Source: an uncultured Chloroflexia bacterium
Lineage (GTDB): Bacteria > Chloroflexota > Anaerolineae > Anaerolineales > UBA4823
Assembly (NCBI GenBank): GCA_963840255.1
Contig: CAWIYB010000005.1
Span: forward strand, 384,007 to 448,006
Length of the DNA stretch: 64,000 nt
Direction: 5' to 3'
The position numbers and the translations under genes are program-made. Below, in pieces: positions 40,783 through 49,662 of the stretch (positions within the stretch are counted from its first letter, which is position 1; each line of letters opens with the position of its first letter). The notes under the pieces were generated by a model that was given only the letters and a program-made list of their open reading frames with translations, was not told the DNA's origin and did no database searches.

Positions 40783-41535
40783 TCAGCGTACTTGTGAAAA
40801 ATAGATGATCACCAAGTTTTTCTGGCAATCGTCGTAGGTGTCAAAATAGATCCGGCCAGATAACGGAAGGTTTTGGGGATCCAACAACTGGATCCACAAT
40901 GAGCCACTGGATGCGACCAAGCTATTCGCAAGGGTGAATTCGAAACCACCTTGACCGTATTGCGGGGCTAACCCAGTCATGACCAAATTATCAATGCTAT
41001 CCACCCCGGGCATAGAACCACCCAATTGAACGAATAATCCTTTCAGTGCCTCACCATTCAGGCTAACTGCCTGCCCCGCCACACCCGACCAATCACATGC
41101 GGCTGTTTGGTGGAAATCAGAGGCGGCGATTGCAGATGGACTGCCTTGCTGGAGCTCAAATGCATAATCCTTGGAAGCTTCGGCTACAACCGGTTCGACC
41201 TTGGTTGGGTTTTCAACCAGGTTGCCTGGAGGGATAGGTGTTATGGATGGAACAGGGGTTTCAGTTACCTGTATTGGGGGGTTCGTCGGAGTCCACGAAG
41301 GTACCAGGGTAAAGCGAGGTGTCACTGAGGGTGTCAGTGTATACAAGGCAGGATTTAACGTCGGTGGTGGAAAGGGATTCAAACTGCTGTTTGGATTTAG
41401 AAATATCAGGATGAAGTATGAAAGAACGCAAAATAAGGCTATCAATATTAATATAGTTAATATATTCCATACCCGTGCAGCGGGCTTTTTCTGTCGTGGA
41501 GGATTTTTTACATCTGAAACTTCATTTAAATCCAT
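40783..41535 (-). CDS. Membrane-anchored protein with Pro/Thr linker, function unknown
   Basis: 250-aa ORF with a single N-terminal TM segment, a P/T-rich linker and a C-terminal globular part. No recognisable family. Confidence 0.45.
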   Translation of the reverse strand: MDLNEVSDVKNPPRQKKPAARVWNILTILILIALFCVLSYFILIFLNPNSSLNPFPPPTLNPALYTLTPSVTPRFTLVPSWTPTNPPIQVTETPVPSITPIPPGNLVENPTKVEPVVAEASKDYAFELQQGSPSAIAASDFHQTAACDWSGVAGQAVSLNGEALKGLFVQLGGSMPGVDSIDNLVMTGLAPQYGQGGFEFTLANSLVASSGSLWIQLLDPQNLPLSGRIYFDTYDDCQKNLVIIYFSQVR

Positions 41536-41560
41536 GACTCATCTCCCCATCCAAAGATGG

Positions 41561-42490
41561 TTATGGCAGAAATAATTGGATTTCGCTTTGTGTTCTACGT
41601 TCACTTAGCCAATCTTGAACAGCATTTACCTGCAATACCCTTCTCGCATCAGGTTGAAGCTGATGTTCAGGGTCTCGCTCGAGAAGATACAGGATGTGAT
41701 ATCCAATATCGGTTTTAATTACCTGACTGTATTGTCCTGCCTGCAGCCCAAACGCGGCTTCTTCGATGGCAGGCTGCTTGAGATATCCCCGAGGGAACCA
41801 TCCCAAATCTCCCTGGGTCAGAGGATCGAAGATGGAGGCGACTTCCAGGAAATCCTTCCCCGATTGAAGCGATGAATACACCTCGTCAGCCTCTGCCTGC
41901 GTAGGCACCAGGATCTGCAATACATGGACCTCATCAGCAGTCTCAGGCACTGCGGCGATGAGCTGGTTTTGCATCCAGGTGGCAGCGATGGACCGTTTTA
42001 AAGCCAATTTGAAAGACTCATCGTTGTAGCCGTTTTCAGCTTGCCAGTCTATCAATGCTTGGTCTCCTCCGAGCTTACTTTCGAGGGCGGTTATTCTTGA
42101 TTGGAGCAGGGATTCGTCTACACTATAACCATTTTCAGCTGCAGCTTGAGCTAACAAGGTTTGATCGATGAGCTCATCCATGACAACTGTATTTGTATCG
42201 GTTGCCAGATTCGTGCCAGTTATGGTGGTTGATTCCTGGTATCGAGTGACCTCAGCTTGAAATTCATCCAAGCGGATCCCCTCTCCATTAACTATTGCGG
42301 CTAATGGGACAGGAGTAGCTGTTGGAGGCAACGGCGTTGCAGATGGCTGCGGCGTGATGGTTGCAGTCGCTGTATTTTTCAATGGTTCTTCGGTGGCGGT
42401 TGGCAACGGGCTTGCTTGATTACACGATGATAACAGTACAGGGAGTATACAAATACCAAAAATTAATATAACCAGTTGGCGGAGGCTCAT
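41561..42490 (-). CDS. Peptidylprolyl isomerase (parvulin/SurA-PrsA-like lipoprotein)
   Basis: 309 aa with a signal peptide and lipobox (LLSSC). The PpiC domain reads VHVLQILV..GDLGWFPRG..GYHILYLLER. Confidence 0.8.
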   Translation of the reverse strand: MSLRQLVILIFGICILPVLLSSCNQASPLPTATEEPLKNTATATITPQPSATPLPPTATPVPLAAIVNGEGIRLDEFQAEVTRYQESTTITGTNLATDTNTVVMDELIDQTLLAQAAAENGYSVDESLLQSRITALESKLGGDQALIDWQAENGYNDESFKLALKRSIAATWMQNQLIAAVPETADEVHVLQILVPTQAEADEVYSSLQSGKDFLEVASIFDPLTQGDLGWFPRGYLKQPAIEEAAFGLQAGQYSQVIKTDIGYHILYLLERDPEHQLQPDARRVLQVNAVQDWLSERRTQSEIQLFLP

Positions 42491-42685
42491 TGGACAGATT
42501 ATACCCGTAAATGGATGATTGTCTCTCGTAATGGAAATAAAAGATGCATTTCCAAACCAATCTTACACCTTTTTCTGCGATAGGATCGTAGAAGTCTGAC
42601 AATATAATACAGATCAGACAGAGGTCAAAAATCCCTTATGTGCAATGATCATCAAAGGTCTGAAAATTAATTTGACGTCATATTG

Positions 42686-43266
42686 GAAATTGCCAAGCAA
42701 CACGAAGAACGCTGGCAACCTGCAATGACAGGAGGCTTTAATAATTGTCACAGGTATTTTTCAAAAGTAAGAAACACTCGGGTTCGGACAAAAGTTCGGA
42801 AATTACATCTTTTCGGCTAATTTATAGGGTATACACCTTGAAAAAACAGCAAATTGGAGATTGCCACAGCATAAGAAGAACACGTGCGCTGCTGATGACG
42901 AGTAATTACTCACTAAAATCGAGGGAAAAGGTTGATGGTTAGTATTGACAGTAGAAGATAACTCCCCGAAACCCAGCGGGGATAAACGCGATCATAAAAA
43001 GGAATATGTTGGATTTCTACAGTATCTGGACATTGCCTGATTGAGATATTTTGGAACAGGAAGATTGCTTCAAGACCAGAAGAGCACTGGTCTTTTCCCC
43101 GAAATAAAGCGGGGATACTCCCCCAAGATCAGGGGGGATTCCGCAATGACAATTCGGTGATCCGATTTAGAAATTCAATATATGACGATCCGTATGGATG
43201 AAGCAGTGAGTAATAACAATGATGAGATTTTTTTATTATTGTCCGATGTTTTGTCCGAAGGTTAGA
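42686..43266. repeat. Second mosaic of hairpin repeats (families C, E, F and CCCCG-N8-CGGGG hairpins)
   Basis: C elements (GA[AG]ATTGC..GCAATGAC or the GCTGATGAC variant): 42686-42729, 42856-42899, 43059-43150. E element GAGTAATTACTCAC: 42900-42913 (also at 20469-20482). F element TTGTCCGATGTTTTGTCCGAAGGT: 43239-43266, with an imperfect inverted copy at about 42781-42805. CCCCGAAAnnnAGCGGGGATA: 42964-42984 and 43097-43117. Confidence 0.8.
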
Positions 43267-43275
43267 GAAACGGTC

Positions 43276-43303
43276 TTGACAGAAAATCACAATTGTCGAT
43301 AAT
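43276..43303 (+). promoter_or_regulatory. Candidate sigma-70 promoter for the pheST leader
   Basis: TTGACA (43276-43281), a 16-nt spacer, then GATAAT (43298-43303), just upstream of the T-box leader. Confidence 0.5.
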
Positions 43304-43319
43304 AGGGAGAACAAGAATA

Positions 43320-43590
43320 AAGGCTTAGAAAGAGGAAAGTAGCTGGATCGGAACCAACAGGGAAGTGTTGGGCAGAGACTGAGACCCCACCGGGTAATGT
43401 TCCAGCGAAGTTCCCTCCGGAGCCGTCTGCGTGAATGGGATACCTGCTAGTAGCGCGGAACGCAGCCCAGGCGTTATTTTGGGAGCCGATCGCCAAAAGG
43501 TCGTCGGAAGAAGTGGGTCGCAGCTGCGACCAATAAGGGTGGTACCGCGGGAAACGCCTCCCGTCCCTTATCGGGGCGGGATTTTAATTA
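43320..43590 (+). promoter_or_regulatory. T-box leader (tRNA-Phe sensing) with intrinsic terminator
   Basis: Hallmark T-box sequence AATAAGGGTGGTACCGCGGGAA at 43532-43553. A terminator stem CCCGTCCC/GGGGCGGG followed by ATTTT lies at 43559-43585. AGTA and AGAGA-like boxes occur upstream, and a TTC (Phe) codon sits in GAAGTTCCC at 43411-43413. The downstream gene is pheS. Confidence 0.85.
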
Positions 43591-43603
43591 ATAGGAGGTG
43601 ACC

Positions 43604-44629
43604 ATGTTAGCAGAATTAAACCGGATTGAGCAGCACGCACTCAAAGCTTTGGAGGCCACCCAGGATGAAACCAGCCTGGAACTCTGGCGGGTAGCTTACC
43701 TGGGTCGGTCTGCACCATTAATGCCCATCTTCGACCAGCTGGGAAAACTCTCCAAGGAGGAAAGACCAGCCGTCGGAAGGCGTGCAAATGAGGTGAAACA
43801 AGTCTTGGAAGCTGCGTACTCAGCCCGGCTGAAAGCTTTACGCCAATCAAGCCTGCAACACTCGCTGCAGTCAGCGCGTCTGGATGTTACCCTTCCCGGG
43901 CGAGATTTCCCGATCGGGCGGCTCCATCCTGCCACCATCTCGATGCGCAGAGTAATACGCGCCTTCGCCGATATGGGGTTCCAAGTTTACCGCTCTCCGG
44001 AAGCAGAAACGGATGATTATAACTTTAGTCTGCTTAATATGCCTCCAAACCACCCGGCGCGGGATATGTATGACACGTTCTATACCAGCATGCCCAACAT
44101 CTCTCTACGTCCGCATACCTCTCCGGGCCAGATCCATGTGATGCGGCAATATGCGCCAGAACCCATCCGGGCGATCCTGCCAGGGATGTGCTACCGGTAT
44201 GAACAGATAAACGCACGCCATGAAACCCAGTTTTATCAGCTCGAAGTGCTCGCAGTGGGTATTAACATCACCCTCGGTGACCTGAAAGGTACCCTGGGCG
44301 ATTTAGCTCACCGCCTGTTTGGCCAAAATATCCGCACCCGGTTCAGAGCGTCCTACTTCCCATTTACCGAACCGAGTGCTGAGTTTGACTTTGAATGCCT
44401 CATATGCAGTGGTAAAGGATGCCCGGTCTGCAGCTGGTCTGGCTGGCTAGAGATTGGAGGCTGCGGTATGGTGCACCCGACGGTGCTGCAAAATGGAGGC
44501 TATAATCCGGAAATTTTTTCGGGCTTCGCCGCTGGTTTGGGTATGGAACGGATGATGATGCTGAAACACCGCATCGAAGATATACGCAATTTCTGGGCGA
44601 ATGATATGCGCTTTTTGGAGCAGTTCTAA
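43604..44629 (+). CDS. pheS: Phenylalanine--tRNA ligase alpha subunit
   Basis: About 341 aa with class II motifs (HPARDMYDTFY, FRASYFPFTEPSAEFD, GFAAGLGMERM). ATG 43604 is preferred because AGGAGG (43593-43598) lies 5 nt upstream. The track's GTG 43598 overlaps that Shine-Dalgarno sequence. Confidence 0.95.
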   Translation: MLAELNRIEQHALKALEATQDETSLELWRVAYLGRSAPLMPIFDQLGKLSKEERPAVGRRANEVKQVLEAAYSARLKALRQSSLQHSLQSARLDVTLPGRDFPIGRLHPATISMRRVIRAFADMGFQVYRSPEAETDDYNFSLLNMPPNHPARDMYDTFYTSMPNISLRPHTSPGQIHVMRQYAPEPIRAILPGMCYRYEQINARHETQFYQLEVLAVGINITLGDLKGTLGDLAHRLFGQNIRTRFRASYFPFTEPSAEFDFECLICSGKGCPVCSWSGWLEIGGCGMVHPTVLQNGGYNPEIFSGFAAGLGMERMMMLKHRIEDIRNFWANDMRFLEQF

Positions 44630-44635
44630 GTAGTA

Positions 44636-44722
44636 GGCGATCAGGGATCAGGCAATAAGGTATCAGGTAATAAGGTAACAGGTGATAAGGTATCAGGTAA
44701 TTAGGTAACAGGTAATCAGGAT
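44636..44722. repeat. Tandem GGTAAT-type array (alternating 8/7-nt units, 15-nt period)
   Basis: ggcgatca gggatca ggcaataa ggtatca ggtaataa ggtaaca ggtgataa ggtatca ggtaatta ggtaaca ggtaatca gg. It begins 7 nt after the pheS stop. Confidence 0.9.
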
Positions 44723-44759
44723 TTGATGATAATTCGAAAGAAGATGCTCGTGGTGATTT

Positions 44760-45221
44760 ATGACTGAAGACAAAGGATTGGAATCATTACAAGTATGGCA
44801 GAGGGCGATGAGCTTTGCGATAAAGATTCAAGCTGATGTCATGCCATTTTTACCGCCTGAAGAAAAATGGGCATTGGCGCAACAATTACGCCGCGCAGTT
44901 CAGAGCATTCCTGGAAATATTGCCGAAGGATACGGACGATATTACTATCAGGAAAGCATCCGATTCTGCTATATTGCCCGAGGTTCACTCGAAGAATCGT
45001 ATACGTACCTAACTCTTGCTAATAAACTCGGATATCTGCCCGAAGAAACCTTTCCTTCTATTATTAATGAGATTATTGAAATACGCCGTATGCTAAACGG
45101 ATATATTACCTTTCTTAAGAAAAGTAAACGTGGTGAAAATGAGCCTGGAAGTATCCATTTGGTCAAAGAAGATTCTATTGAGTATTTCATTGACCCGACT
45201 CTAGATGATTCGACGACTTAA
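44760..45221 (+). CDS. Four-helix-bundle protein (23S rRNA intervening-sequence protein family)
   Basis: 153 aa. The segment LQVWQRAMSFA..EEKWALAQQLRRAVQSIPGNIAEGYGR..FCYIARGSLEESYTYLTLANKLGYL..MLNGYI matches the family consensus along its whole length. Confidence 0.88.
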   Translation: MTEDKGLESLQVWQRAMSFAIKIQADVMPFLPPEEKWALAQQLRRAVQSIPGNIAEGYGRYYYQESIRFCYIARGSLEESYTYLTLANKLGYLPEETFPSIINEIIEIRRMLNGYITFLKKSKRGENEPGSIHLVKEDSIEYFIDPTLDDSTT

Positions 45222-45268
45222 ATTCCTGATTACCTAAGTGCCTGATTGACTAAGTGACTAATTACCTG
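45222..45268. repeat. Inverted copy of the GGTAAT-type array
   Basis: aattCCTGATTACCTaagtgcctgattgactaagtgactaATTACCTGAtg is the reverse complement of the upstream unit family. CCTGATTACCT (45226-45236) is the exact complement of AGGTAATCAGG at 44710-44720. Confidence 0.8.
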
Positions 45269-45309
45269 ATGACAAAATTGTTTTTTTCTAATATATCGGA
45301 GGAATCAAT

Positions 45310-47952
45310 ATGCTCGTTCCCATTTCATGGTTAAAAGATTTCGTTGATGTTACCATCCCACTCCCCGAGCTTGCCCGGCGTCTGACCATGGCAGGATTGG
45401 AAGTGGAGCACGTGACTTATATTGGTCTTCCACTGCCACAAGCAGATTCCTCCGGGCAAGAGCCTGCAACCGATACTGCCGTAGTCAACAGCTCAGGCTT
45501 AGCCTGGGAGGCGGACAAAATCGTTACCGCTTCGGTGTCAGAGGTCATGCCACACCCCAATGCCGACCGATTAGTATTATGTAAGCTGTACGACGGTGAT
45601 CGAGAACATATCGTGCTCACCGGAGCACCCAACTTATATCCATACAAAGGGTTGGGAATGCTCCCCAAACCCCTCAAAGTGGCTTACGCCCGGCAAGGAG
45701 CCCGTATCTATGATGGTCATCAGCCCGGACAGGTACTGACCACCCTCAAACCAGCAAAAATCCGCGGGATTGAATCGTATTCGATGATTTGTTCTGAGAA
45801 AGAGCTCGGCATCTCGGAGGACCACGAAGGGGTGATCATCCTGGACGACGATGCACCCGTGGGGGTGCCATTAGCGGACTATCTGGGGGATGCTGTTTTG
45901 GACATTAAAATCCTACCCAATATTTCCCGGGCTGCCAATATTCTGGGAGTTGCGCGGGAGGTAGCAGCACTGACCGGGGTACCTTTGCACATCCCTGAAG
46001 GTTTTTATGATGGTCCGGCTGAGGGACCCGCTATCACTGGAAAAGCCGCGATTGAGATCTCCAATCCGGAGCTGAACCCACGCTTCGTGCTTGGTTTGAT
46101 ACAAAATGTAAGCATCCGACATAGCCCTTATTGGATGCAGCTCAGGCTAAAGCTGGCAGGGATGCGCCCGATCAACAATATCGTGGATGTCACCAATTAT
46201 GCCATGCTCGAAGTGGGTGAGCCGCTACATGCCTTCGATTATGACGTGCTGGTGCAGCGCGCTGGAGGGATTTCACCCACCATCATCACACGCACTGCCC
46301 AAACAAATGAACGCCTGACTACATTGGATGGTGTTGACCGCCCCCTCAATCCATTCACCGTCCTGGTATGCGATACGGCTGGTTCCCTATCCATCGCCGG
46401 GGTGATGGGCGGAGCCGAATCGGAGGTGTTCGAAGCAACAGCAAATCTCAATGATAACCCGGGTGAACCACAGGGCGACGAGCCAGCTGCGCGCACGAAA
46501 AGCACTACCAGCATCCTGCTCGAAGGGGCGGCATGGAATAACATCAATATCCGCAAGACCGTGGCTGCTCAAAGGCTCCAATCTGAGGCGGCATTCCGTT
46601 TTTCGCGCGGCGTTCACCCAGCCATGGCGGAACGGGGAGTACGGCGAGGATTAAAACTAATGCACCAGCTGGCTGGTGGGGTGGTCTACCAGGGATTAGT
46701 TGACAATTATCCTCTTCACCCAAATGATCCGGTAAATGAAATTACTCCCGATGAAGTTGAGCGGGTGTTGGGAATCAAGCTCAGTGTACACGAGATCATC
46801 AAGATCTTGCAAAGCCTGGAGTTCAAGTGTGAGCTGGTTACCGACCAGCCTGCGCAGGTGATTATCCGCGCTTACTCGCCCGACCATCGTTTGGATATTA
46901 ACCAGGAACTGGTTGGTAAGGCTGATCTTTTGGAGGAGATAGCCCGCGTCTATGGTTATGACCGCATCCCTGAGACCCGCCTGACTTCAGAACTACCGCC
47001 CCAACGGAGCAATCCAACCCTTGAGGGAGAGGAACGCATCATCGACCGCCTGGTCGATTTGGGTCTGCAGGAAATTATCAGTCACCGCCAGACCACGCCC
47101 GAGAGGGAAGCACGGCGTCTTGCTCCGGGAACACCGCCGGATGACCAACCTTACCTGCGCATCATCAATCCAATCGCCTCCGACCGGGTGGTCATGCGGC
47201 ACAGTGTGCTCAACAGCGTGTTTGAAGCCGTGGAACGGAACGCGCGCATCCGCCAACACATCGCTTTCTTTGAAGTTGGACCAATCTTTATGGCTTCGGA
47301 GGCGGGAGAACGTCCTGATGAACTGCATCGCCTGGCAATCGTACTCACCGGTGTGCGTTCACTGCCAGGCTGGCAAAAACAATCCGAGGGCGTGATGGAT
47401 TTTTATGACCTTAAAGGGATCATTACAGGATTGATGGAGGGGCTACACATCGATTTCGAGGTTGAACCGGCTGATCACCCAACTTTTCATCCTGGTAAGA
47501 CTGCACACATCAAAGTTGGGGAGCAACAAATCGGTGTGTTCGGGGAGGTACACCCCCTGGTGCATGAAAAATACGATTTCTCACCGAATCCGGTGGTTGC
47601 GGCTGATATTAACCTGGACCTGCTCATCAGTCTGGTGCCAGAGCGATATGATATGCAGCCAGTGCCTGCGTTCCCGCCCGTGCTAGAAGACCTGGCATTG
47701 GTAGTCGATGAAGAGCTACCTGCAGGGCGGGTAGCCGAGGTAATCAAGCAGGCAGCAGGTAAAATCGTCTCGAATATCACCTTGTTCGATGTTTACCGCA
47801 GTGAGCAGATCGGCAAGGGGAAGAAGAGTCTCGCATATTCGCTTAACTACCAGTCAACTGAAAAAACCCTGACCGATAATGATGTCGCCCAGATCCGCCA
47901 GCGTATCATCCGCAGGTTGGACCAGGAGCTGGGAGCAAAATTACGCGCATGA
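45310..47952 (+). CDS. pheT: Phenylalanine--tRNA ligase beta subunit
   Basis: 880 aa with N-terminal ISWLKDFV, a tRNA-binding domain, B3/4 and B5 domains and a C-terminal FDX-ACB domain (DLALVVDE..ITLFDVYRSEQIG). GGAGG lies upstream. Confidence 0.95.
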   Translation: MLVPISWLKDFVDVTIPLPELARRLTMAGLEVEHVTYIGLPLPQADSSGQEPATDTAVVNSSGLAWEADKIVTASVSEVMPHPNADRLVLCKLYDGDREHIVLTGAPNLYPYKGLGMLPKPLKVAYARQGARIYDGHQPGQVLTTLKPAKIRGIESYSMICSEKELGISEDHEGVIILDDDAPVGVPLADYLGDAVLDIKILPNISRAANILGVAREVAALTGVPLHIPEGFYDGPAEGPAITGKAAIEISNPELNPRFVLGLIQNVSIRHSPYWMQLRLKLAGMRPINNIVDVTNYAMLEVGEPLHAFDYDVLVQRAGGISPTIITRTAQTNERLTTLDGVDRPLNPFTVLVCDTAGSLSIAGVMGGAESEVFEATANLNDNPGEPQGDEPAARTKSTTSILLEGAAWNNINIRKTVAAQRLQSEAAFRFSRGVHPAMAERGVRRGLKLMHQLAGGVVYQGLVDNYPLHPNDPVNEITPDEVERVLGIKLSVHEIIKILQSLEFKCELVTDQPAQVIIRAYSPDHRLDINQELVGKADLLEEIARVYGYDRIPETRLTSELPPQRSNPTLEGEERIIDRLVDLGLQEIISHRQTTPEREARRLAPGTPPDDQPYLRIINPIASDRVVMRHSVLNSVFEAVERNARIRQHIAFFEVGPIFMASEAGERPDELHRLAIVLTGVRSLPGWQKQSEGVMDFYDLKGIITGLMEGLHIDFEVEPADHPTFHPGKTAHIKVGEQQIGVFGEVHPLVHEKYDFSPNPVVAADINLDLLISLVPERYDMQPVPAFPPVLEDLALVVDEELPAGRVAEVIKQAAGKIVSNITLFDVYRSEQIGKGKKSLAYSLNYQSTEKTLTDNDVAQIRQRIIRRLDQELGAKLRA

Positions 47953-48063
47953 GCGGGTGCAACTTTCACTAAAGAAGTTCGTAGATTATATTAACTTGCA
48001 CGCTGGGTTAGTATACCGTATACTTAATTAATCCAATACCCATTATGAATCAAGGAGGTTAAA

Positions 48064-48402
48064 ATGCGCGACCGAACTCTTGGCGTCATCTTCACAATAC
48101 TCGTAATATTCTTATTTGGTATCCCTGGTGTAGCGTGTATGTGCCTTGGGCTATCCGGTTTCCTATTCTCAGGTGGACTCAATAGTCAAGGTATTTCATA
48201 CGGCTGGACGACTGCCTTTGGGGCTACCGGATTATGTATTGGTTTCTTCCTGGTGCTCATCACAATTGTGATCAGTTATCTATTACTGCACAGAAAACCA
48301 GAACCCCTGCCAGTAAAAGCGGTGGAACCCATCCCGTCACAAAGCACAGATAAGCCTGCCCCACCCACAAACCCGGACGAACCTCTTCCACCTACAATTT
48401 AA
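48064..48402 (+). CDS. Small membrane protein with Pro-rich tail
   Basis: 112-aa ORF with three hydrophobic segments. AGGAGG lies upstream, and a terminator follows. Confidence 0.45.
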   Translation: MRDRTLGVIFTILVIFLFGIPGVACMCLGLSGFLFSGGLNSQGISYGWTTAFGATGLCIGFFLVLITIVISYLLLHRKPEPLPVKAVEPIPSQSTDKPAPPTNPDEPLPPTI

Positions 48403-48417
48403 TTTTATTCAACCTGA

Positions 48418-48452
48418 ATCCAGAGCTGACCCTCAGCTCTGGATTTGTATTT
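48418..48452 (+). terminator. Rho-independent terminator
   Basis: 11-bp stem ATCCAGAGCTG/CAGCTCTGGAT with loop ACCCT, followed by TTGTATTT. Confidence 0.75.
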
Positions 48453-48633
48453 AATCGCTGGTCCAACAGTAGATAATTTTAGATCTCTTCCAGTCTGATT
48501 CAGACCGCTTGCACATGGGGGTGCAAACCATAACCAGATGGTAAGCAATAGCGGTGGGTCAGCCAGATCAACCCACTTCTGCTAACCCTTATTCATTGAC
48601 AGATTCACACCATCAGATTAAACTATCCGCTAC

Positions 48634-48653
48634 CGTTAAATTATTATTTAACG
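48634..48653. promoter_or_regulatory. Perfect 8-4-8 palindrome, candidate operator
   Basis: CGTTAAAT-TATT-ATTTAACG lies 16 nt upstream of the start of the HTH/PBP-domain regulator gene. Confidence 0.35.
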
Positions 48654-48668
48654 TCGGTAACCTTAACC

Positions 48669-49652
48669 ATGGAACCTTTAGAGCGGTTATCCACTTTCGA
48701 GCAAATTAGAATTCTGTCCGACCCACGCAGGTTATTGATCCTGCGTCACTTAATGGCGGGTCCGGCGACACTATCTCAGCTCGGGCGTACATTGGGGGAA
48801 GAGCCTTCCTGGGTTCGGCACCATTTGAAAATCCTTGAAGCCGCCGGTGTTGTGGAGCTGGCAGAAGTAAAGGTATGTGACGGATATATCGAAAAATATT
48901 ACCGTGCCAAAGCACACGCGTTTTATTTACAGGAGCTCTTACTACCAGAAACGCGCGGGAAAAAGATGGTGGTGCTATCTGGGAGCCACGACCTGGCATT
49001 AGAACTGCTGGCTGGAGCCTCATGTGGGGACCTGGAAGTTTTCAACCTTCCAGTCGGCAGCCTGGATGGCCTGGTGGCATTGCGCCAGGGGATGTGTAAT
49101 GCCACCGGCTGCCATCTTTACGATGCAAGCAGCGGAGAGTTTAACGCTTCCTACGTCCGCCATATCTTCCCCGATAAGACCATGGTCCTGCTTACCCTTG
49201 CCCACCGTGAGCAGGGGTTGATCGTCGAACCGGGAAACCCCCATCATATAAACAAGTTCGAAGACTTAACCAAGGGCGTACGATTTATCAACCGTAACCG
49301 GGGCTCTGGCACACGTCTATGGCTGGATAGTCAACTGAGCAATCTGGGTATTCTACCGGGTAATATCGTCGGATACAACAATGAAGCCCGTACCCACACG
49401 GAAGTGGCGAACGCCATCCAACAGTGTCAGGCACAGGTAGGATTGGGAATCCACGCCGCTGCTGTTTCCCATCATTTGGATTTTATCCCGCTGTTCCAGG
49501 AGCGCTATGACCTGGTGCTGTCCAAGGATCAAATCGCAGACCAGCAACTCTCACCTCTGTTCGAAAAATTTTACAGCGGTGAATTTCGCCATGCTGTAGA
49601 AAATCTGACAGGATATGATATCACCCATTTGGGGGACCAAATAATTCTTTAG
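48669..49652 (+). CDS. Transcriptional regulator: ArsR-type winged HTH fused to a periplasmic-binding-protein-like (molybdate/tungstate-type) domain
   Basis: 327 aa. The N-terminus FEQIRILSDPRRLLILRHLMAGPATLSQLGRTLG..VRHHLKILEAAGVV is an ArsR-like HTH. The C-terminal ~230 aa look PBP-like. It lies directly upstream of mop-tupABC. Confidence 0.6.
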   Translation: MEPLERLSTFEQIRILSDPRRLLILRHLMAGPATLSQLGRTLGEEPSWVRHHLKILEAAGVVELAEVKVCDGYIEKYYRAKAHAFYLQELLLPETRGKKMVVLSGSHDLALELLAGASCGDLEVFNLPVGSLDGLVALRQGMCNATGCHLYDASSGEFNASYVRHIFPDKTMVLLTLAHREQGLIVEPGNPHHINKFEDLTKGVRFINRNRGSGTRLWLDSQLSNLGILPGNIVGYNNEARTHTEVANAIQQCQAQVGLGIHAAAVSHHLDFIPLFQERYDLVLSKDQIADQQLSPLFEKFYSGEFRHAVENLTGYDITHLGDQIIL

Positions 49653-49662
49653 GAGAATAGAA

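Noticed and set aside
42961-43122. Two hairpins, CTCCCCGAAACCCAGCGGGGATAAACG and TTCCCCGAAATAAAGCGGGGATAC, whose 3' half (CAGCGGGGATAAAC) resembles type I-E CRISPR repeats.
   Set aside because: There are only two copies, about 133 bp apart, with no 60-61 bp periodicity. No intervening degenerate repeat and no cas genes occur in the window. The stem loop is 8 nt rather than the I-E length, and the second copy is nested inside another repeat. At most this is a decayed remnant and not a callable array.
43598-43603. The GTG start for pheS given in the ORF track.
   Set aside because: The GTG overlaps the AGGAGG Shine-Dalgarno sequence. ATG 43604 lies at the optimal distance downstream of it.
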